Part shown: positions 28,757 through 42,243 of the stretch, one piece after another
Numbering within the stretch: the stretch's first letter is position 1
Layout: each line of letters starts with the position of its first letter
Source of the DNA: Callorhinchus milii
Taxonomy: Eukaryota
Assembly (NCBI RefSeq): GCF_018977255.1
Contig: NW_024704742.1
Location: 109,494,001-109,558,000, forward strand
Length of the DNA stretch: 64,000 nucleotides
Reading direction: 5' to 3'
Position numbers and translations under genes: made by a program
Notes under the pieces: model-generated
The model's database searches: none
Seen by the model: only the letters and a program-made list of their open reading frames with translations
What the model was told of the DNA's origin: nothing

Positions 28757-29160
28757 AACAACAACAACTTGGATTTATATAGCACCCTCCATGACGGACG
28801 GTGTCTCAGAGCGCTTCACAGTAATGGATCCCGGGACCGAGCCAGGGGGAGGGGAAGGAAGGTGACTGACGGCACGGTCGAAAAGAAAGGTCTTCAGCAG
28901 AGACCTGAAAATAAGAAGGGAGGGAGCGAGGCGAAGGGAGTGAGGAAGGCAGTTCCAGAGCCTCGGGGCATAGTGGCTGAAGGCACAGCTGCCGAGGGTG
29001 GAGTGGAGGACTCGGGGGACGAGGAGGAGGCCAGACCCGGAGGAACGAAGGCAACGGGTACTGTTTTGAGGAGAGAGGTCAGAGAGGTAGGAGGGTGCAG
29101 AGGATTGCAGGGACTTGAATACAAGGGTGAGGATCTTGAAATCGATCCTCTCTGGGATGA
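28757..29160 (-). mobile_element. L2 3' fragment
   Basis: IPERIDFKILTLVFKSL..AFSHYAPRLWN..LKTFLF with a (TTG)n tail. Near-identical to the 54147-54638 copy. Confidence 0.88.
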
Positions 29161-31408
29161 TGAACCTTCTAAACATAATTTGCAACACTGACATATAAAA
29201 AGTTAAATTAATCTGAAGCACTATTGAGATCAAAGCAGCAAAACTCACTTGAGTATATTAATAATACTTCCATTTGATATAGCGCCTTTCATGTCAGGAA
29301 AATGTCTCAAAAGTGCTTCCTAGCATTTACTGTAAAGTGTACTGACAATATTTTGTAGGTCAACACGGCAGCCATTAGCACACAGCAAGGTCTCACAAAT
29401 AGCCGTTAAGTGAATGACCAATTTTATTTGGGGGACTGTTGGCCAGGGCATCAGGAGAAATCTATTTGAACAGTGGGATCATTAATGTCCACATAAACAG
29501 GCAAACCTCCAACAATCTTTGCATTTTTTTTGATCCTTGCTTTATTTTTGATATAGCATCTTATCATGCCTTTGAGATGTCTCAAAGCGCTTCGCAGAAT
29601 ATACTGCAGAGTGAATTGACTGTATATTTTGAGGGCGAGTGTTAAGCCGAGGCTACGAGTTTAAAGTCCCAACATGAGGCTTTTACCTACAACCTTCTGA
29701 CTCACAGGCAGGAGGGCTACTAGCTAAGCCGGACTGACACTACGAAGAGTATGTTAAATGGATTCCTAAACATATTGAATAGGAGTATATTTAACAGATG
29801 TACTAGAGACTAAACATACTTTTGTAATCAACAAAACGTGTTCCTTCAATGTAGAACAGCTAAAGAATTTTGAGATGTAGCCGTTTAGTTCATTTATTAG
29901 TCAGATTGTCTCAGTTGATAACATTCTTGCCTCCAAGTCAAAAAGTCGAGGTTAAGACTTACGTTGGTATTTGAATTTCAACTTAACCTATGAGCTCAAG
30001 TGCAGTGCTGGAGGAGTGCTGCATTGTCAGGTATGCCATTCTTCAGAAGTGGCTTTAAACTGAGATTCTGTCTGCACATCATGGATGTTAAACATCGACA
30101 ACATTACTCCATGTCAATAAAATGGAGGTCTCCTGCTGAGCTCCACTCAATGCACCCTGATCACAGGCACTGACCATATTGAACTTGGATCAATTAAGTG
30201 CCTTATCTTCAAATGTCTCCAATGACCTTGTGCCACACTATTTCACCCACAAAGTACAGTCAATTCCCTTTACAGTATATTTTGTGAAGTGCTTTGAGAC
30301 GTCTCGAAGACGTGATAAGGCGCAATATCAAACACAAGAATTATTATTATTATCTCTGTAGTCTCCTCCAGTCACTCCCCATGCTCTGCTAACTATAGCT
30401 TAACTTCATGCTTCCGACCTGCTTTTTCCTCATCATCAGGTTAGTTTTCAGCCACCTTACCTCTTCCCTTTCACTCTGTCTGCCAACATCTCTCCACCTC
30501 AGCCCTTTCCTCTATGATTTCAAATTGCACCTGAAGACCCACCACTTTGACTACCCATTTAACCACCTCAATCAACGTCAGGCAATCACCCCGAGGTCTT
30601 TCAGGAAACAGTTTGCAGCAATGCAATACTATTTTGTGAGAATGCCTGCACTATGGCCTGAACTACCTCCATTTATTCAGTTGACTCCTGTTAACACTCA
30701 TAGATCAGAAGTGACTGCTCCACAGTAACCTGCCACTTTGGTCACTCAAACAAAGCAACAGTGAACAACAGACTAGAAACTTATCTTACAGGGTGAGCAA
30801 TCTTGTGTTTGATGGTAGAGTGGCATAAACCCGAAAACCGGATGCTTTTCCTCAAGCAGTTGAGGTAACAAATCATAAAATTCAATCACTCATATTTCAG
30901 GAAATGTAAATTTTCCCTGTCTATGCAAACCAACTTCTGTGCTGAGCGAGACTCCAGGAGTCTCCATTCACCATTACTGCAGTCAGGACTGACTTTCAGT
31001 GAATGAGTCATTCATAGCAAGTTTAGTGTTGTGTCTACCTAGAGTATAGTAATTGCTGGAAAGAATCAGAGGTCCTCACTACATTTTAAAATTAGGAACT
31101 GGCATCTGGAATAGTGCGAAATTCAGCATTGCCAGTCTGACTGACGGAGTCCATAGTGGGCTGATTCTTAGGATTGTGTTCGTGGAAACACTGTACATGA
31201 ACTTAGAAAGTATAACATCTTAAATGAACTTCCTTTCTAAAAGGTAGAAATGGTATGCCATTTCAAATAAAACAAAATGTTGGCTTCCTGCCACAGACTG
31301 CGATTGGTGAGCAGCAAAATACAGGTCACCTAAAGGCTATGAACCATTTCAGTTCAACAGCCCACACACAAGTCACTTTAAAGTAGCGTTGTTGTAAGAA
31401 TTACTTAC

Positions 31409-31578
31409 GCTAGAATGCCCAGCATTTCCACTTGCTTCTGCCTGTCACCAGTTAGAGTAAGTGACGGCCTCAAAGGTTCAGGCCAAGGCCAGTGCCCCAT
31501 CTTCTTTCCCTTGGGGTCCTTCACCACCACTTGCCTACAACCGCCCAGCCTCCCCAGGGCCATTAAATATGAAGAGAT
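31409..31578 (-). CDS. SLF1: SLF1 coding exon 13
   Basis: ISSYLMALGRLGGCRQVVVKDPKGKKMGHWPWPEPLRPSLTLTGDRQKQVEMLGIL resembles human YSYLPALGK..KKIGQRPC..NGTKQKQVE. AG/GTAAGT. Confidence 0.9.
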
Positions 31579-33191
31579 CTATCAGGACAGAAAAATTCAT
31601 TCGATGAGGTTCACAGTCGACTAGCCTCAGTGGGACTTGAATGGCATCTGCTCTGAAACTCAGTCACTACTGATCTAATATAAGGTCATGCCCTGAGGTA
31701 CTTTTTCCCTCCTGGTTTGTCACCTCTGTCTGCATATCTAACTATGGACATTTCAAATGCACAGCTACTGTTTAAGTACCAGAGACAATAATGTAACAGT
31801 ATTTCACTTTCCTCAACCCCTCTTAGAATGTCAAAGGTCAGCAAAACTGATTTATTGTTTAAAACATAATAATCGTAACTAATACCAATGAGACAACTCT
31901 TAAATACTGAGTTACCATGTTTCATTTTTATGAGGTTAAACAATCACACTTATTTATGTTTTTGATAGTCAAAATACAGTTGATTCAATAATTGGACATA
32001 CCATGCGATTTAATTTTTTTTAAAAGACACACACTCCTATTAATTTCACAATTTAAAACTTAAACCATTTCTCTAGTCAGACTAAGATTCTGGGCAACAA
32101 AAAAGTCTGCAAAATTCTCTTTCTGTTGATAAGAAATAAAATGTGTTGGTTTGATGAAAATTGACATAATGCCTAATATCCCCAGAAGATAGATCCTAAA
32201 GGCAGGGAGATGGAACAAACACCACAAAAGATGAATGACACTATGTTATTTATAAAGCACTTGTATAAATTGACCAATTTCTGCAAATTGATTAGGGTTG
32301 CTAACATCAACATTCATTATTTCTTAAGAGTACTGGCTGACATGCATACATGTTCTTAAATGCAAATGGGGTAAAAAAAACTCACTAATTAATCTTTAAT
32401 ATTTTATCTTTTAATACATGAATATCACCTTTTTCCTACCTAGTCAACTCTGCTTAACGAGTCATTTGCTCACAGGGTTGACGACCAGTCTGTTTGATGC
32501 GCCAGATGCACATCAAAAACTTGGATTCTGTAGACTTGTCTGGATTAGCCATTTACATCTAGGAACCAGTTCAACTCGGGAGATTTCGCTTGGGTCCCCA
32601 GAAATTATAATTTTCTGCCAACACGGCACATATTTTATTAAACTTGAAAGGGTGAAGGGCTGCGTGAAGGATTCAAAACCTAGAACTACATTTGGTGCTC
32701 AAATTGGATGTTTGAACAACACATTCCTTAATTCTTATTAAGCCTGGTTGGATATTATAACAAAAACATATGGTGTACAGTTTACTGTAGTTGTCAGGAG
32801 CACTAAATGCCATTAATATCACTTGATTTACTTCAGTTAAACATTAACTTGAGTTCCATACTTCCATGCTGCCAAATAAGTTACTCCCTTGAACTGAATG
32901 CTTCACGGGATGAATGTGACCATGACTGGGATCAGGTTTTGGATATTCCAAATTCTGGACCACAAAGCTAAGCAATAGTTTCACTTGTATTTGCAGCAAT
33001 TCCCATGCTCTCAATCAACAATTCTACTAAAAGAACCTTCATCAAAGATCCACCAACAAAGCCACATAATACAGTATTGGAGGAAGAACAATACATATAT
33101 ATTAATATATGCACACACACCGTACAATTTCTCTCCCCCCACCCCAAGAATGACAAATCTCAACTAATTAGTCTGCTACAGGAATACTCAC

Positions 33192-33337
33192 AATTTGTTT
33201 AAGTGAGAAGGATTTCTCAGAGAATTCAATTCCATTGTGGCAACACAGCTGCCTATAAATGGCTTGTGTGACAAACAGTTGAAGCCAGGGCGATGGAGTT
33301 AGTTTAATCAACATCTCGATCTCCTTTTGACTCAAAT
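33192..33337 (-). CDS. SLF1: SLF1 coding exon 12
   Basis: DLSQKEIEMLIKLTPSPWLQLFVTQAIYRQLC..SFSLKQI resembles human SSWLQMFVAEAVFKKLC..PLSLQKM. ctccAG/GTGAGT. Confidence 0.92.
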
Positions 33338-33599
33338 CTGGAGGAGAGAAGAAACCCCCCAAATTTATATTAATATTGCTAAACAGTTTTTTTAATATAG
33401 GGCACAAGGGTTCAAATAGTAACCTACCAATGACAAATACAAAAGAGTCCAATACACTGGTACAAATTGTCAGTAATTACCTAGCAAGTCTGTACGTCTC
33501 CAGCATAACTATCATGATGTAATAGGCATACAGAAAAACTACTTTAAATAGTCTAGTTCACAATATCAATTTACCTTTGAAGAATTCAGTTATAATTGC

Positions 33600-34490
33600 A
33601 TTACATGATTGTATTGAGACCTGATTGATGATCTTTAAAGCTAAATGTATCTACATTGGGTAGTCATGCACTATGACACTTGCCCAATCTTTATTTGTTT
33701 AGACGTTGTCGAGCAAGGACATATCTACCTCTCAAAGTCTGACTAAGATCAGTTGGTTGTCTTTGCAAGATGAGTCTTCTCAGAGCAGTTCAGTCCCATG
33801 AAGATCCCACTTACATCCCTTCAGATAGATTACAAGAACTGGGCCATTTGATCTCAGTCCTATTTCCAAACTGAAGACTCCAAATATGTCTAATCATTGT
33901 TCATTCCTCTAAAACTGGGGATTATCCATGTGGCTCTAGTTTACACTGCCTTAGGGTCTGGGCAGCTCCTTTACGTTGTGGCAACCATATGCAATAATCT
34001 AGGTGCAGCCTGAAGCTCAGAATAGCTCGACTATGACTTCTGGAGATCTCAAGTTAACTGAATTGGCAATTTAACTCATTATCTCATTCGCCTCATTTAT
34101 TATTGCTGTCTCGTACTGCTTTGGCATGGCAATTGAGGAGTCAACTAACATATCGAGATCTCTTCAAGCATCCTCCTTGAGCACCGTTCTATCCTGAGCA
34201 CTGTTCTATCCGTACAGCCCATGTGCCTCCTATTCTTGCTTCTTATAAGCAGTACCTTTCTTTTATCTGTATTGAACTTTGTCAGACACCAGTCCATCTG
34301 AATACCCTATCAAAGTTTCTTTCTATGATATTGCTGCTTCCCGATTCCAAAGATGTCGCCTCCGCAACTGCCCCCCCACACACACCTTCTGGATCGGCAA
34401 AGGTAATGTATACAAGGAACACGTGTTTCAGTGCAGATAGTACAGAACTTAAGGCAGCTTGCTTAATAAATCCCTCCTTTCCCTAGCAAA
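33600..34490 (-). mobile_element. Old degenerate CR1 fragment
   Basis: Reverse-strand remnants resembling CR1 RT motifs (ERDLG..VDS, RLHLDYC), heavily mutated. Confidence 0.55.
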
Positions 34491-34632
34491 GGACTTTTTG
34501 AATCTTTCAGGACTAAGTTCGGTGCTCAGCCAACTGAACTACCTGGGATATTTTTTTAGAATAGACATAAAAGATGAAAGTTCTAAACAAACAGAAGATT
34601 GAATAAAGGAAATGTTTGAAACTTGTGTTCAC

Positions 34633-34780
34633 CTTGACAACATACATGAATGTAGAACATTAAATCGTCCCAAGTTTGGCCAGGAAAATATTTCCCACGT
34701 AACCTGTTTACCAAAAGTCGATATTCCACAACAACTCCCAATATACCATGTAACACATAGGCAGTTTCGTATGTAGTTTT
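34633..34780 (-). CDS. SLF1: SLF1 coding exon 11
   Basis: KTTYETAYVLHGILGVVVEYRLL..WDDLMFYIHVCCQ resembles human HELAYLLAGILGAAIDYW..DDLGSYVSLSC. AG/GT. Confidence 0.9.
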
Positions 34781-34838
34781 CTAGAAAAGGAAAAGGGGAG
34801 AATTACATGTAAACATGTAATATATAGTGATATATAGT

Positions 34839-35160
34839 GTGGAGTCCTGTAGCTCAGTGGTTAGAGCACTCGCTTTGCAAGCGAGAGACCTGAGTTCAAT
34901 TCCAGGCAGGGCGAAACCTTGGGCAAGTTTCCTTACTCCACACAGAGCCTAATAATAATCACTCCAAAACCAAAAACAATAAATAAATTGGTCATTTTCA
35001 ATCTACGACTGTTTGTGGGACATTGCTGTGCGCAATTGGCTGCCGCGTTCGCCCACAAATATACAGTCAATTCACTTTACAGTGTGTTCTGTGAAGCGCT
35101 TTGGGATGTCCTCCCGACGTGAAAAGCGCTATATCAAATGCAAGGATTATTATTATTATT
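34839..35160 (+). mobile_element. Full-length tRNA-Ala-derived SINE, young subfamily
   Basis: Near-identical to the copies at 24913 and 50460. Lies about 57 nt from the SLF1 coding exon 11 acceptor. Confidence 0.9.
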
Positions 35161-36063
35161 ATATAGATAAATATATAGTGATTATTGATGGATAAGGTTC
35201 AAATTCAAAAACTAATAATGCCAAAGATCCATACCTGTCTCATCAGATTTATGTAATTAACACAATGCCTTCCCTAACTCAGTCTCCACCTATACCCACA
35301 AAGTTTTCAATCTACCGTTATACCGAAGATGAGAAAACCTTGTGTTATTGAATAATATTTCATAATTGCTTTTGATGAAGCATGTTAAGCATCTCAAAAT
35401 CCTTCATACAAATGAATTATTTAAGTATAAGGATAAAAAAATAAACTGCATTCCATATCCCACCTTATTACATGAAAATCTCTCAAAATCTTTCACATGC
35501 TTTGAAGTGAAGTGAATGACGCAGGTAAATAAAGTAACCAATTTGCACCAGTAACAACTCACAAGCAACAATGTTTCACAAGAAAGAATATTTATCATAA
35601 GTTTGAATGGGGGTATAAGAGAGAAAAAAATATAGGTCAGGATGCTTCTGATAACTTTGTTTGTCTTGGTATTGCACGATGGAAGCTGTAAATGCTCACT
35701 GAACTATTGTAGCGCAGTTCAATGTCTCATTCAAGATCTTGGCTATAATTTGTTGGTGCAAATTGCAATTTTTTTTACATTTCTAATCAACTTGCAAACT
35801 TACAATGATCATCCAGATTTTATTTGAATATAATGAAATAATGAACTGATAAGTGTTGGTAGCACTCTCGCTTCTGGATTAGAAAGTTGTAGGTACAAGC
35901 TCCATATCAGAACCCTAACCTCATACTCCAGGCTGGCACTCCAGTCCAGTTTTGGGGGAAGACCTGTATGACAGAGGTGACATCTCTCAGATGTGATGTT
36001 ACACTTTCATCTGCCGATTCAGATGGATGATAAAGACCCCATGAAACTATTGTTTTTTGTCAT

Positions 36064-36221
36064 GTTCCACATGTGGAAACCCATCATCGTGTTCCACATG
36101 TGGAAACCCATCATCGTGTTCCACATGTGGAAACCCATCATCGTGTTCCACATGTGGAAACCCATCATCGTGTTCCACACGTGGAAACCCATCATCGTGT
36201 TCCACATGTGGAAACCCATCA
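36064..36221. repeat. 27-bp minisatellite, about 5.9 copies
   Basis: Unit gttccacatgtggaaacccatcatcgt; one copy has a single t>c change. Confidence 0.97.
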
Positions 36222-36844
36222 CTATTATCAAAACCAGACAGTTCCGTGCATTCCATCTACAAATGAAATTCACACACCTGCAAGTAGGTCACCATGGAAA
36301 CAGTTCAACTCCAAGGAAACACTGCTTACCTATATCCACCTCAATACAAAAAATAGATCCTGGATATTAACTTGCAAATAAAAGTAATATAATTAATAAA
36401 TAATGTTTGCATTGGATCTAGTTCCTATCATGCATCATGAAAAACAGTCTTGTGGCCAACAATCCTCCAAATACATTGGCCATTTACCTCTTGGCTGTTT
36501 GTTGAAAATTGTTGTGGGAAACTGGCTGCTGCTTTCATCTCTGAATAGAGTTACTACACTTAAAGGTAATTACTTTAAAGCACGCACTTTAATAATAATT
36601 CCTACATCTGATATAGCACCTTTCATGTCAGGAGGAAATCTCAAAGCACTTCACAGGATATATTGTAAAGAGTAATGACTGGAGACGTTGACACACTATA
36701 GGTACTATAACAAATACAAGAATTCCAATTATTATTTATATCATTAGTTGCAAGGTAATATCCGGGATCCATATCTTGCATACAATCAATAGTTACCATT
36801 ATGGAAAGGATCTGCACTTTGCAATCATAGATAATTTTACTCAC

Positions 36845-37004
36845 GTCATTTGGTTTCCTAACTACTGCTCTTGTTGCTTGAAGAACACACTCCAATAAAA
36901 CAGCTAAAGATTTGGTCATCACATCCATGTATTCCAACAACAGTTGTCCGAGAACAGAATGAGGTATAAAATCAGAACACCCAGGAATTAGGTTTTCAAA
37001 ACAG
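36845..37004 (-). CDS. SLF1: SLF1 coding exon 10
   Basis: CFENLIPGCSDFIPHSVLGQLLLEYMDVMTKSLAVLLECVLQATRAVVRKPND. Poly-T acceptor tract, GTGAGT donor, phase 2 to 0. Confidence 0.85.
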
Positions 37005-37214
37005 CTATCATGCAAGAATAAAAAAAATCAAGTTAGTTACAGTATGTGTAGAGTTACGTGTACAGTTATGTGTGTAGTTATGTGAGTATCAATAAAGCAG
37101 TAGAAAGAGGTTAAAAATAATTATCAACTAAACCCACCCATCTTATTAAAAGAAAATCCCTTAGTGTTCCCAGCTAACAGACCAGTGCTGCATATTGGCA
37201 AGTTTACCTGACAG

Positions 37215-38280
37215 AATTTTACATTTGTGTAGCACCTTTCATGTCGGGACGATATCCCAAGGCACTGGACAGTCAGGGATTTGGACCTAAGCTGTGGGTT
37301 GAGATCAGAGACGTTGGAGGGCAGAAGGGTAGCTAAAGGCTTGGTTAAAGAGGAGGGTTTTGAGACTCACCTTGAAGGAGGCGAGGGAGAGAGCGAGGTG
37401 AAGGGAAGGTGGGATGTAGTTCCATAGGGTGGGGGCAGAAAGGCTGAAGACCCGGTCGCCAATAGTGGAGCCGGGCGGGGGACGTGGAGCAGGCCACAGC
37501 CTGAAGGGAGTGAGCGGACTGGTTAGTATGGCGTCAACAGACCACAGAGGTAGGCAGCGGCAAGGCCGTGGAGGGCCTTGAACAACAACAAAATTACATT
37601 TGTATAGCGCCTTTCACCTCCGGAGGACGTCCCAAGGTGCTGGACAGACAAGAGTTACGGACCAAAGCTGGGGGTTGGAGTGGGGGAGGGTGGAGGGCAG
37701 GAGGGGGAAGCAGGGAGATCGAAAGCACAGTCGAAGAGGGTCTTGAAGGTGGCAAGAGAGGGGGCGAGACGGAGGGACTGCAGGATGGGAGTTCCAGAGG
37801 GTGGGGGCAGAGTGACATGAAGGCATGCCCGACAATAGTGAGGCGAGCAAAGTGGGGCACATGAAGCAGGCCGGAACCCACTGAGCGGAGGGAGCGAACA
37901 GGATGGTAGGGGTTAGGATGTCAGAGAGGTAGGGGGCAGCAAGACCGTGGAGGGCTTTAAAGGTGAGGACCAGGATCTTGAACTGTATCCTCTGTGTAAT
38001 GGGAAGCCAGTGGAGTTGGGCAAGGATGGGGGTGATAGGGTTGCGGAGCCTACTGCGGGAGAGGACACAGGCTGCAGAGTTCTGGATGATCTGCAGCCTT
38101 TGGAGGGAGGAGTTGGGGAGGCCGACAAGCAATGAGTTTGCATAGTCAAGCCTTGATGTAATGAACGCATGTATGAAGGAGAGGACAAGGATTTTGAACT
38201 CTATCCTCTGGGGGATGGGGAACCAATAGAGAGAGTGGGGGTGATGAGAGCCTGGTGTGGGAGAGGACATAAGCTGCATA
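37215..38280 (-). mobile_element. Two nested L2 fragments (younger 37581-38178 inside an older copy)
   Basis: HAFITSRLDYANSLL..IQNSAA..LHWLPITQRIQFKIL ORF remnant. Two 3' tails. The older copy resumes at 38179. Confidence 0.85.
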
Positions 38281-38311
38281 CTTCTATTATTTATTGTTGA
38301 ACTTCAATTAC

Positions 38312-38452
38312 CTCTTATTTAATGTTTCGAATTCAGCTTCAAACAAGTCAAAGTAGTACTTCAATAGCAGCCTATAAAACGGTTTCAGTTCTGAAAGGCT
38401 GAGGTCTTGATTGGAGAGACAATGACAAGGTCCTTCATCATAAACACAGGAC
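38312..38452 (-). CDS. SLF1: SLF1 coding exon 9
   Basis: SCVYDEGPCHCLSNQDLSLSELKPFYRLLLKYYFDLFEAEFETLNK resembles human RSCLFNESFCH..LLKFFFNLIESE. Phase 2-2. Confidence 0.9.
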
Positions 38453-39694
38453 CTAAAGTTTCAAATAAAAAGTACATTTGTGATTAGTCAATTAATTAAT
38501 AACTGCACTTGGTTTCTTACTGCAGTGACGCTCCCGAGGTATTTTGATGGCTAGAGAATTTTTATTTATTTTAGTTTTCTATCCCTAAAGTCTTTGCAAT
38601 GATAAACCACACATTCTGACTTTTTGCCTGGCTGGTTGACTCCTCCACCGCTACTTTGAGACTTCGCACTGCTACTTGAGTACCTGTATCCACAAGGATA
38701 CCCTTGATTTCTACTAGCATTCCGGGCCGACTGGCAAACTTCACTTCTAGCGAGTGATTGCCCCTGTCCAAGCACTTAGTTATATTGGTACGGGAATTAC
38801 CGGCCTGCTCAGTACTTTTCTCAGCCCCTTTTGTTCTGGGGATATTTTATGGACAACTGTCCTCCGTAGGGAAGCCACATGGCCGTATCCCCGTGCCATT
38901 TTCTTTAGATTTAATTCCTTGCATGCGCATGGGAGGTGGTCACATGGTGTTAAATCCACAAAAGTAATTATTGTTAACTATCAAAGCCATCTATCTGTCA
39001 GTTCAAGATTTATTTTGGTATACTCTGCCTTCAAACATACACTTCATGCTATCTTCTGTGTATCACTCCCTGTAAGCCACACAATGTTTTTTTTTAAAAA
39101 TCTGAATCTGATAGAGATCCTACAAGAAACTCTTTGAGAGATTCACATACTGAAGCACAAAGAGAAACCAATGGTTTCTAAACCTTCCAATAAAGGAAGA
39201 TCCATCCCAAGATGCTAGATTTGGCACTATAATAATAATACTGAAGTAAATATATGAATTGGGGTAAACCACTTCATCAAAGAGGAAATGTAACAATTAG
39301 TGTGCCGTTAGAATATCTGATTGAACTGTAACATAATAGCTTTGCCTCTTATTTTTTGTGTCCTTTTAGAGAACTTATTAAACCAATCTCTGAAGCTAGC
39401 GGAAAACAGAGTTGAAATGAGAAAAGATTACCAAATAAAATTTTAGACAAACACATCTGATAAAAATAAACCATCCAAGAACATTGGATCACCAACATTA
39501 CTGTGAAGATAACACCAGTATTTCCATACTGAATAAATCCTCAATATTACAGATTCAGAAGCTTATCAGCTTTCATTTTTCTGTATGGAATTTGCTAACA
39601 AAGCTAAAGGTTACAGCATTCATCAGAACAATAAACGCACTTTATAATATTCCACAAATTTGTGAAAAATATTTTATCTTTTCACTTTTCTTAC

Positions 39695-39861
39695 CTTACA
39701 ATTGATTCCAATAGAAATGAGCTTCCTTTTTTACAGCTTGAACACTGAAGAATATCCATGTAGTAACTAACCATTGATGACTGTTTCCAGGGAGGGTGAT
39801 TAAGAACAAGATCTTGCAGAATGCTGATAAACTCATGCAAAAAATGTAAATCTGCATTACC
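39695..39861 (-). CDS. SLF1: SLF1 coding exon 8
   Basis: GNADLHFLHEFISILQDLVLNHPPWKQSSMVSYYMDILQCSSCKKGSSFLLESIV(R) resembles human HPPWKSPAMSRYYLELFQCPTC. AG/GTAAG. Confidence 0.93.
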
Positions 39862-40639
39862 CTATAATGAAAAAAGCTTTATTTCAAAGCCAACATTTTA
39901 CAATAAAGTACAATTTCATGTTAAGTGATTTTATTCTCCCATGTTTTAAACTTTCAGTTTTAAAATTATATATGGCCTTGGTGAAACTACATGGATCCAT
40001 TACAAGGATAATGATCCATAGCCTTAAAATCAGAACCAATGGAAATGCAGTTAGAACTGATGTCAGGAATTATTTGTTTACCCAGAGTTGTGATGTTGTG
40101 AAATTCTCTACATCTGAAAGCTGTAGGGCAGAATAAAATAATAATCCTTGCAATTGGTATAGTGCCTCTCACGTCATATAAATTGCAAAGCCAACATGGC
40201 AGCCAATGTTCTCATAGAAATATTCCACAAACAGCCATGATTGAATGATGAGAATAAAACCTCAATATTACAGATTCAGAAACTCAGATTTCACTTTTCT
40301 TGCATGGAATTTTTATTCTGGGGATTGTTGGCAACGGTTTGTCATGTTATCACTGATCAATCCATACATTGATGATGTAACTTTTCCATGAATTCATTTA
40401 CTAGTGGTGAATGTTTCAGTTGGTGCTTTAATGTACTTTTATCAAGATGGTTAAATTAATGATATTAGACACAAACACACAATTTCCATTTTTGAACTAC
40501 TACCTTGTGCCTGGTTTTTAAAAAATCCATCCTGGAAGCACCTTGAGGTGCTTGGAACAAAATTGACATTTCTTTGCTTCTCCTCAAAAACTGAAATTAT
40601 TGAAGAAATAGTTTTCAGTGCTGAAGTGTTCTCACTTAC

Positions 40640-40801
40640 CTCCAGAACCTGCTGTAGAAGAGATTGCAGAAGATATGAAGGTGGAAAGAACTTGGACGAC
40701 AAATGGAAGCGGATCTCTTTCAATGCTTCCATATAGAAATGTCCCTCCAAAATACCTTCTATTCTATCAATTGTAACTCCAGAGAACTTCAAAGATTGAA
40801 T
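40640..40801 (-). CDS. SLF1: SLF1 coding exon 7
   Basis: IQSLKFSGVTIDRIEGILEGHFYMEALKEI..FPPSYLLQSLLQQVLE resembles human LIESLIEGHFFKEAIEEL..PPVCVLHALLENVLQ. AG/GTAAGT. Confidence 0.92.
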
Positions 40802-41459
40802 CTAGAAGCAAAGATTTGATCATTCAAACCCAAACATCAAATGAATCCTTTCAGTCAAAAAAGTGTAACCCATTTCATTTTCTCGAATATCCCAAAGAAG
40901 TAGAGTTGATAAAATGTTAAGCTCAACCAAAGATTTGTGTGACCACTGAACTCAAATTTATAATTATCTGATTGGGAAGCTCCTGCTATTACTAGACTAT
41001 GTATATGGCTGTGTACCAACATGCCTTTTAAAGTTTTCATATTATCAATAGCACTCACTTTCAGAATTGTTCAAATATTCCTTACCAACAATAGACAAGT
41101 TAAGAGTATCTGGTGCACATCTCAAAGACTACTTCAGTTTGCAAAGTATTGGAAATTTCATAACACTCAAGCTTATTTACTTGATAGTTACTGTTTGAAC
41201 CATCAGATTTTACTCAAACAGTCAACTAAATTGACAAAACAGACAAATGTCTGGAATGCCTCACAAAGCAGAATAACGTATCATACTTTGAAAGAAAACT
41301 CAATGTAATTTATTTATTCATTCTGCATATTGTAGAATGCTTTAGCAGTAAGCATTTTCTGCACCTTTATTCATAAGTGTGGCAGGCATGACCATGAAAT
41401 TGAATTGCTCGCCAGTGAACTGCAGAAATTGAAAAAGAACACAATATTCATCAGCATAC

Positions 41460-41531
41460 CTGATGGTTGCTGGGAGTTGAGGTACGCAAACAGCATCCGA
41501 TACCTGACGGTATATATTTGCTTCGTATTGC
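41460..41531 (-). CDS. SLF1: SLF1 coding exon 6
   Basis: ttttctAG / GTATGC, 72 nt, phase 0-0. AIRSKYIPSGIGCCLRTSTPSNHQ; the recalled human exon begins AVRY. Confidence 0.7.
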
Positions 41532-41629
41532 CTAGAAAAGAAAACAATTTTAGAAACTACAGTATGGGAGAAGGCCTAAACTGATACAAGAATACCAACT
41601 GGAGAGCTACTCCAATCTCAGCCTGCTCT

Positions 41630-42145
41630 TTTGACAATACTTGTATTTGATATAGTTCCTGTAGCATTCAGAATGCCTCAAGGAACTTCAATGAGTTTTG
41701 ATGAAGTATGGAGACTGTTTATTTGTAGGCAAGTGTGGCAGATAATATGCAATGTTGTTCATGCAATCATGTTGCTGGGATGTCTCAAAGTACCTCGCAA
41801 GATTTATTGTAAAGATTAGTGACTATTTTATAGGTAAATGCACACCACAGCAATGTCCTTTAAACAGCCATGAAGGTTTTGGAGGATTTTTGGCCAGGAC
41901 ACCAGGAGAAACTCCCTTATCTTTTCAAATAGTCCCATGGGAAATTTATATCTACTTGAAAAGGCAAACAAGATCTCGGTTTAATGTCTCACCTGAAGGA
42001 TGGCACTTCCAACAATGCAGTACTCCCTCAGCAATAAACTGGAGTACTACCTTAGATTGTGAGCTTAAAGTCCCGACTGTGTGACTTGAACCCACAACCT
42101 CTGATTCAGGAGCAAGACACCTAACTAAATGTGTAAACTGACACC
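41630..42145 (-). mobile_element. Old Deu-domain SINE, SacSINE1/AmnSINE-like (related copies at about 13650-13950 +, 20320-20735 -, 29900-30110 +, 35850-36050 +, 49860-50140 -)
   Basis: tRNA-like head (tcagaggttgtgggttcaagtc) followed by Deu-type segments (gtactgcattgttggaagtgccatccttcaggtgagacattaaaccgag...cccatgggactatttgaa). Confidence 0.7.
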
Positions 42146-42243
42146 CTCTACTTTCTGATGCTTTAGCGCAGCTCACAAATTATTTTCCTTTGCTAAGTAT
42201 TAAAGGAAAGACATTATCAAGTATTTTATTTGGGTTTCCCTAC

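Noticed and set aside
36064..36221. Palindromic 27-bp repeats resembling a CRISPR array, with repetitive ORFs in several frames
   Set aside because: The units are directly tandem with no unique spacers, there are no cas genes, and the site is a vertebrate intron. The ORFs exist only because 27 is a multiple of 3.
40451..40639. Open frame continuing past SLF1 coding exon 7
   Set aside because: Homology stops at the strong GTAAGT donor (GT at 40638-40639) and resumes in the next exon, so this is intronic read-through.
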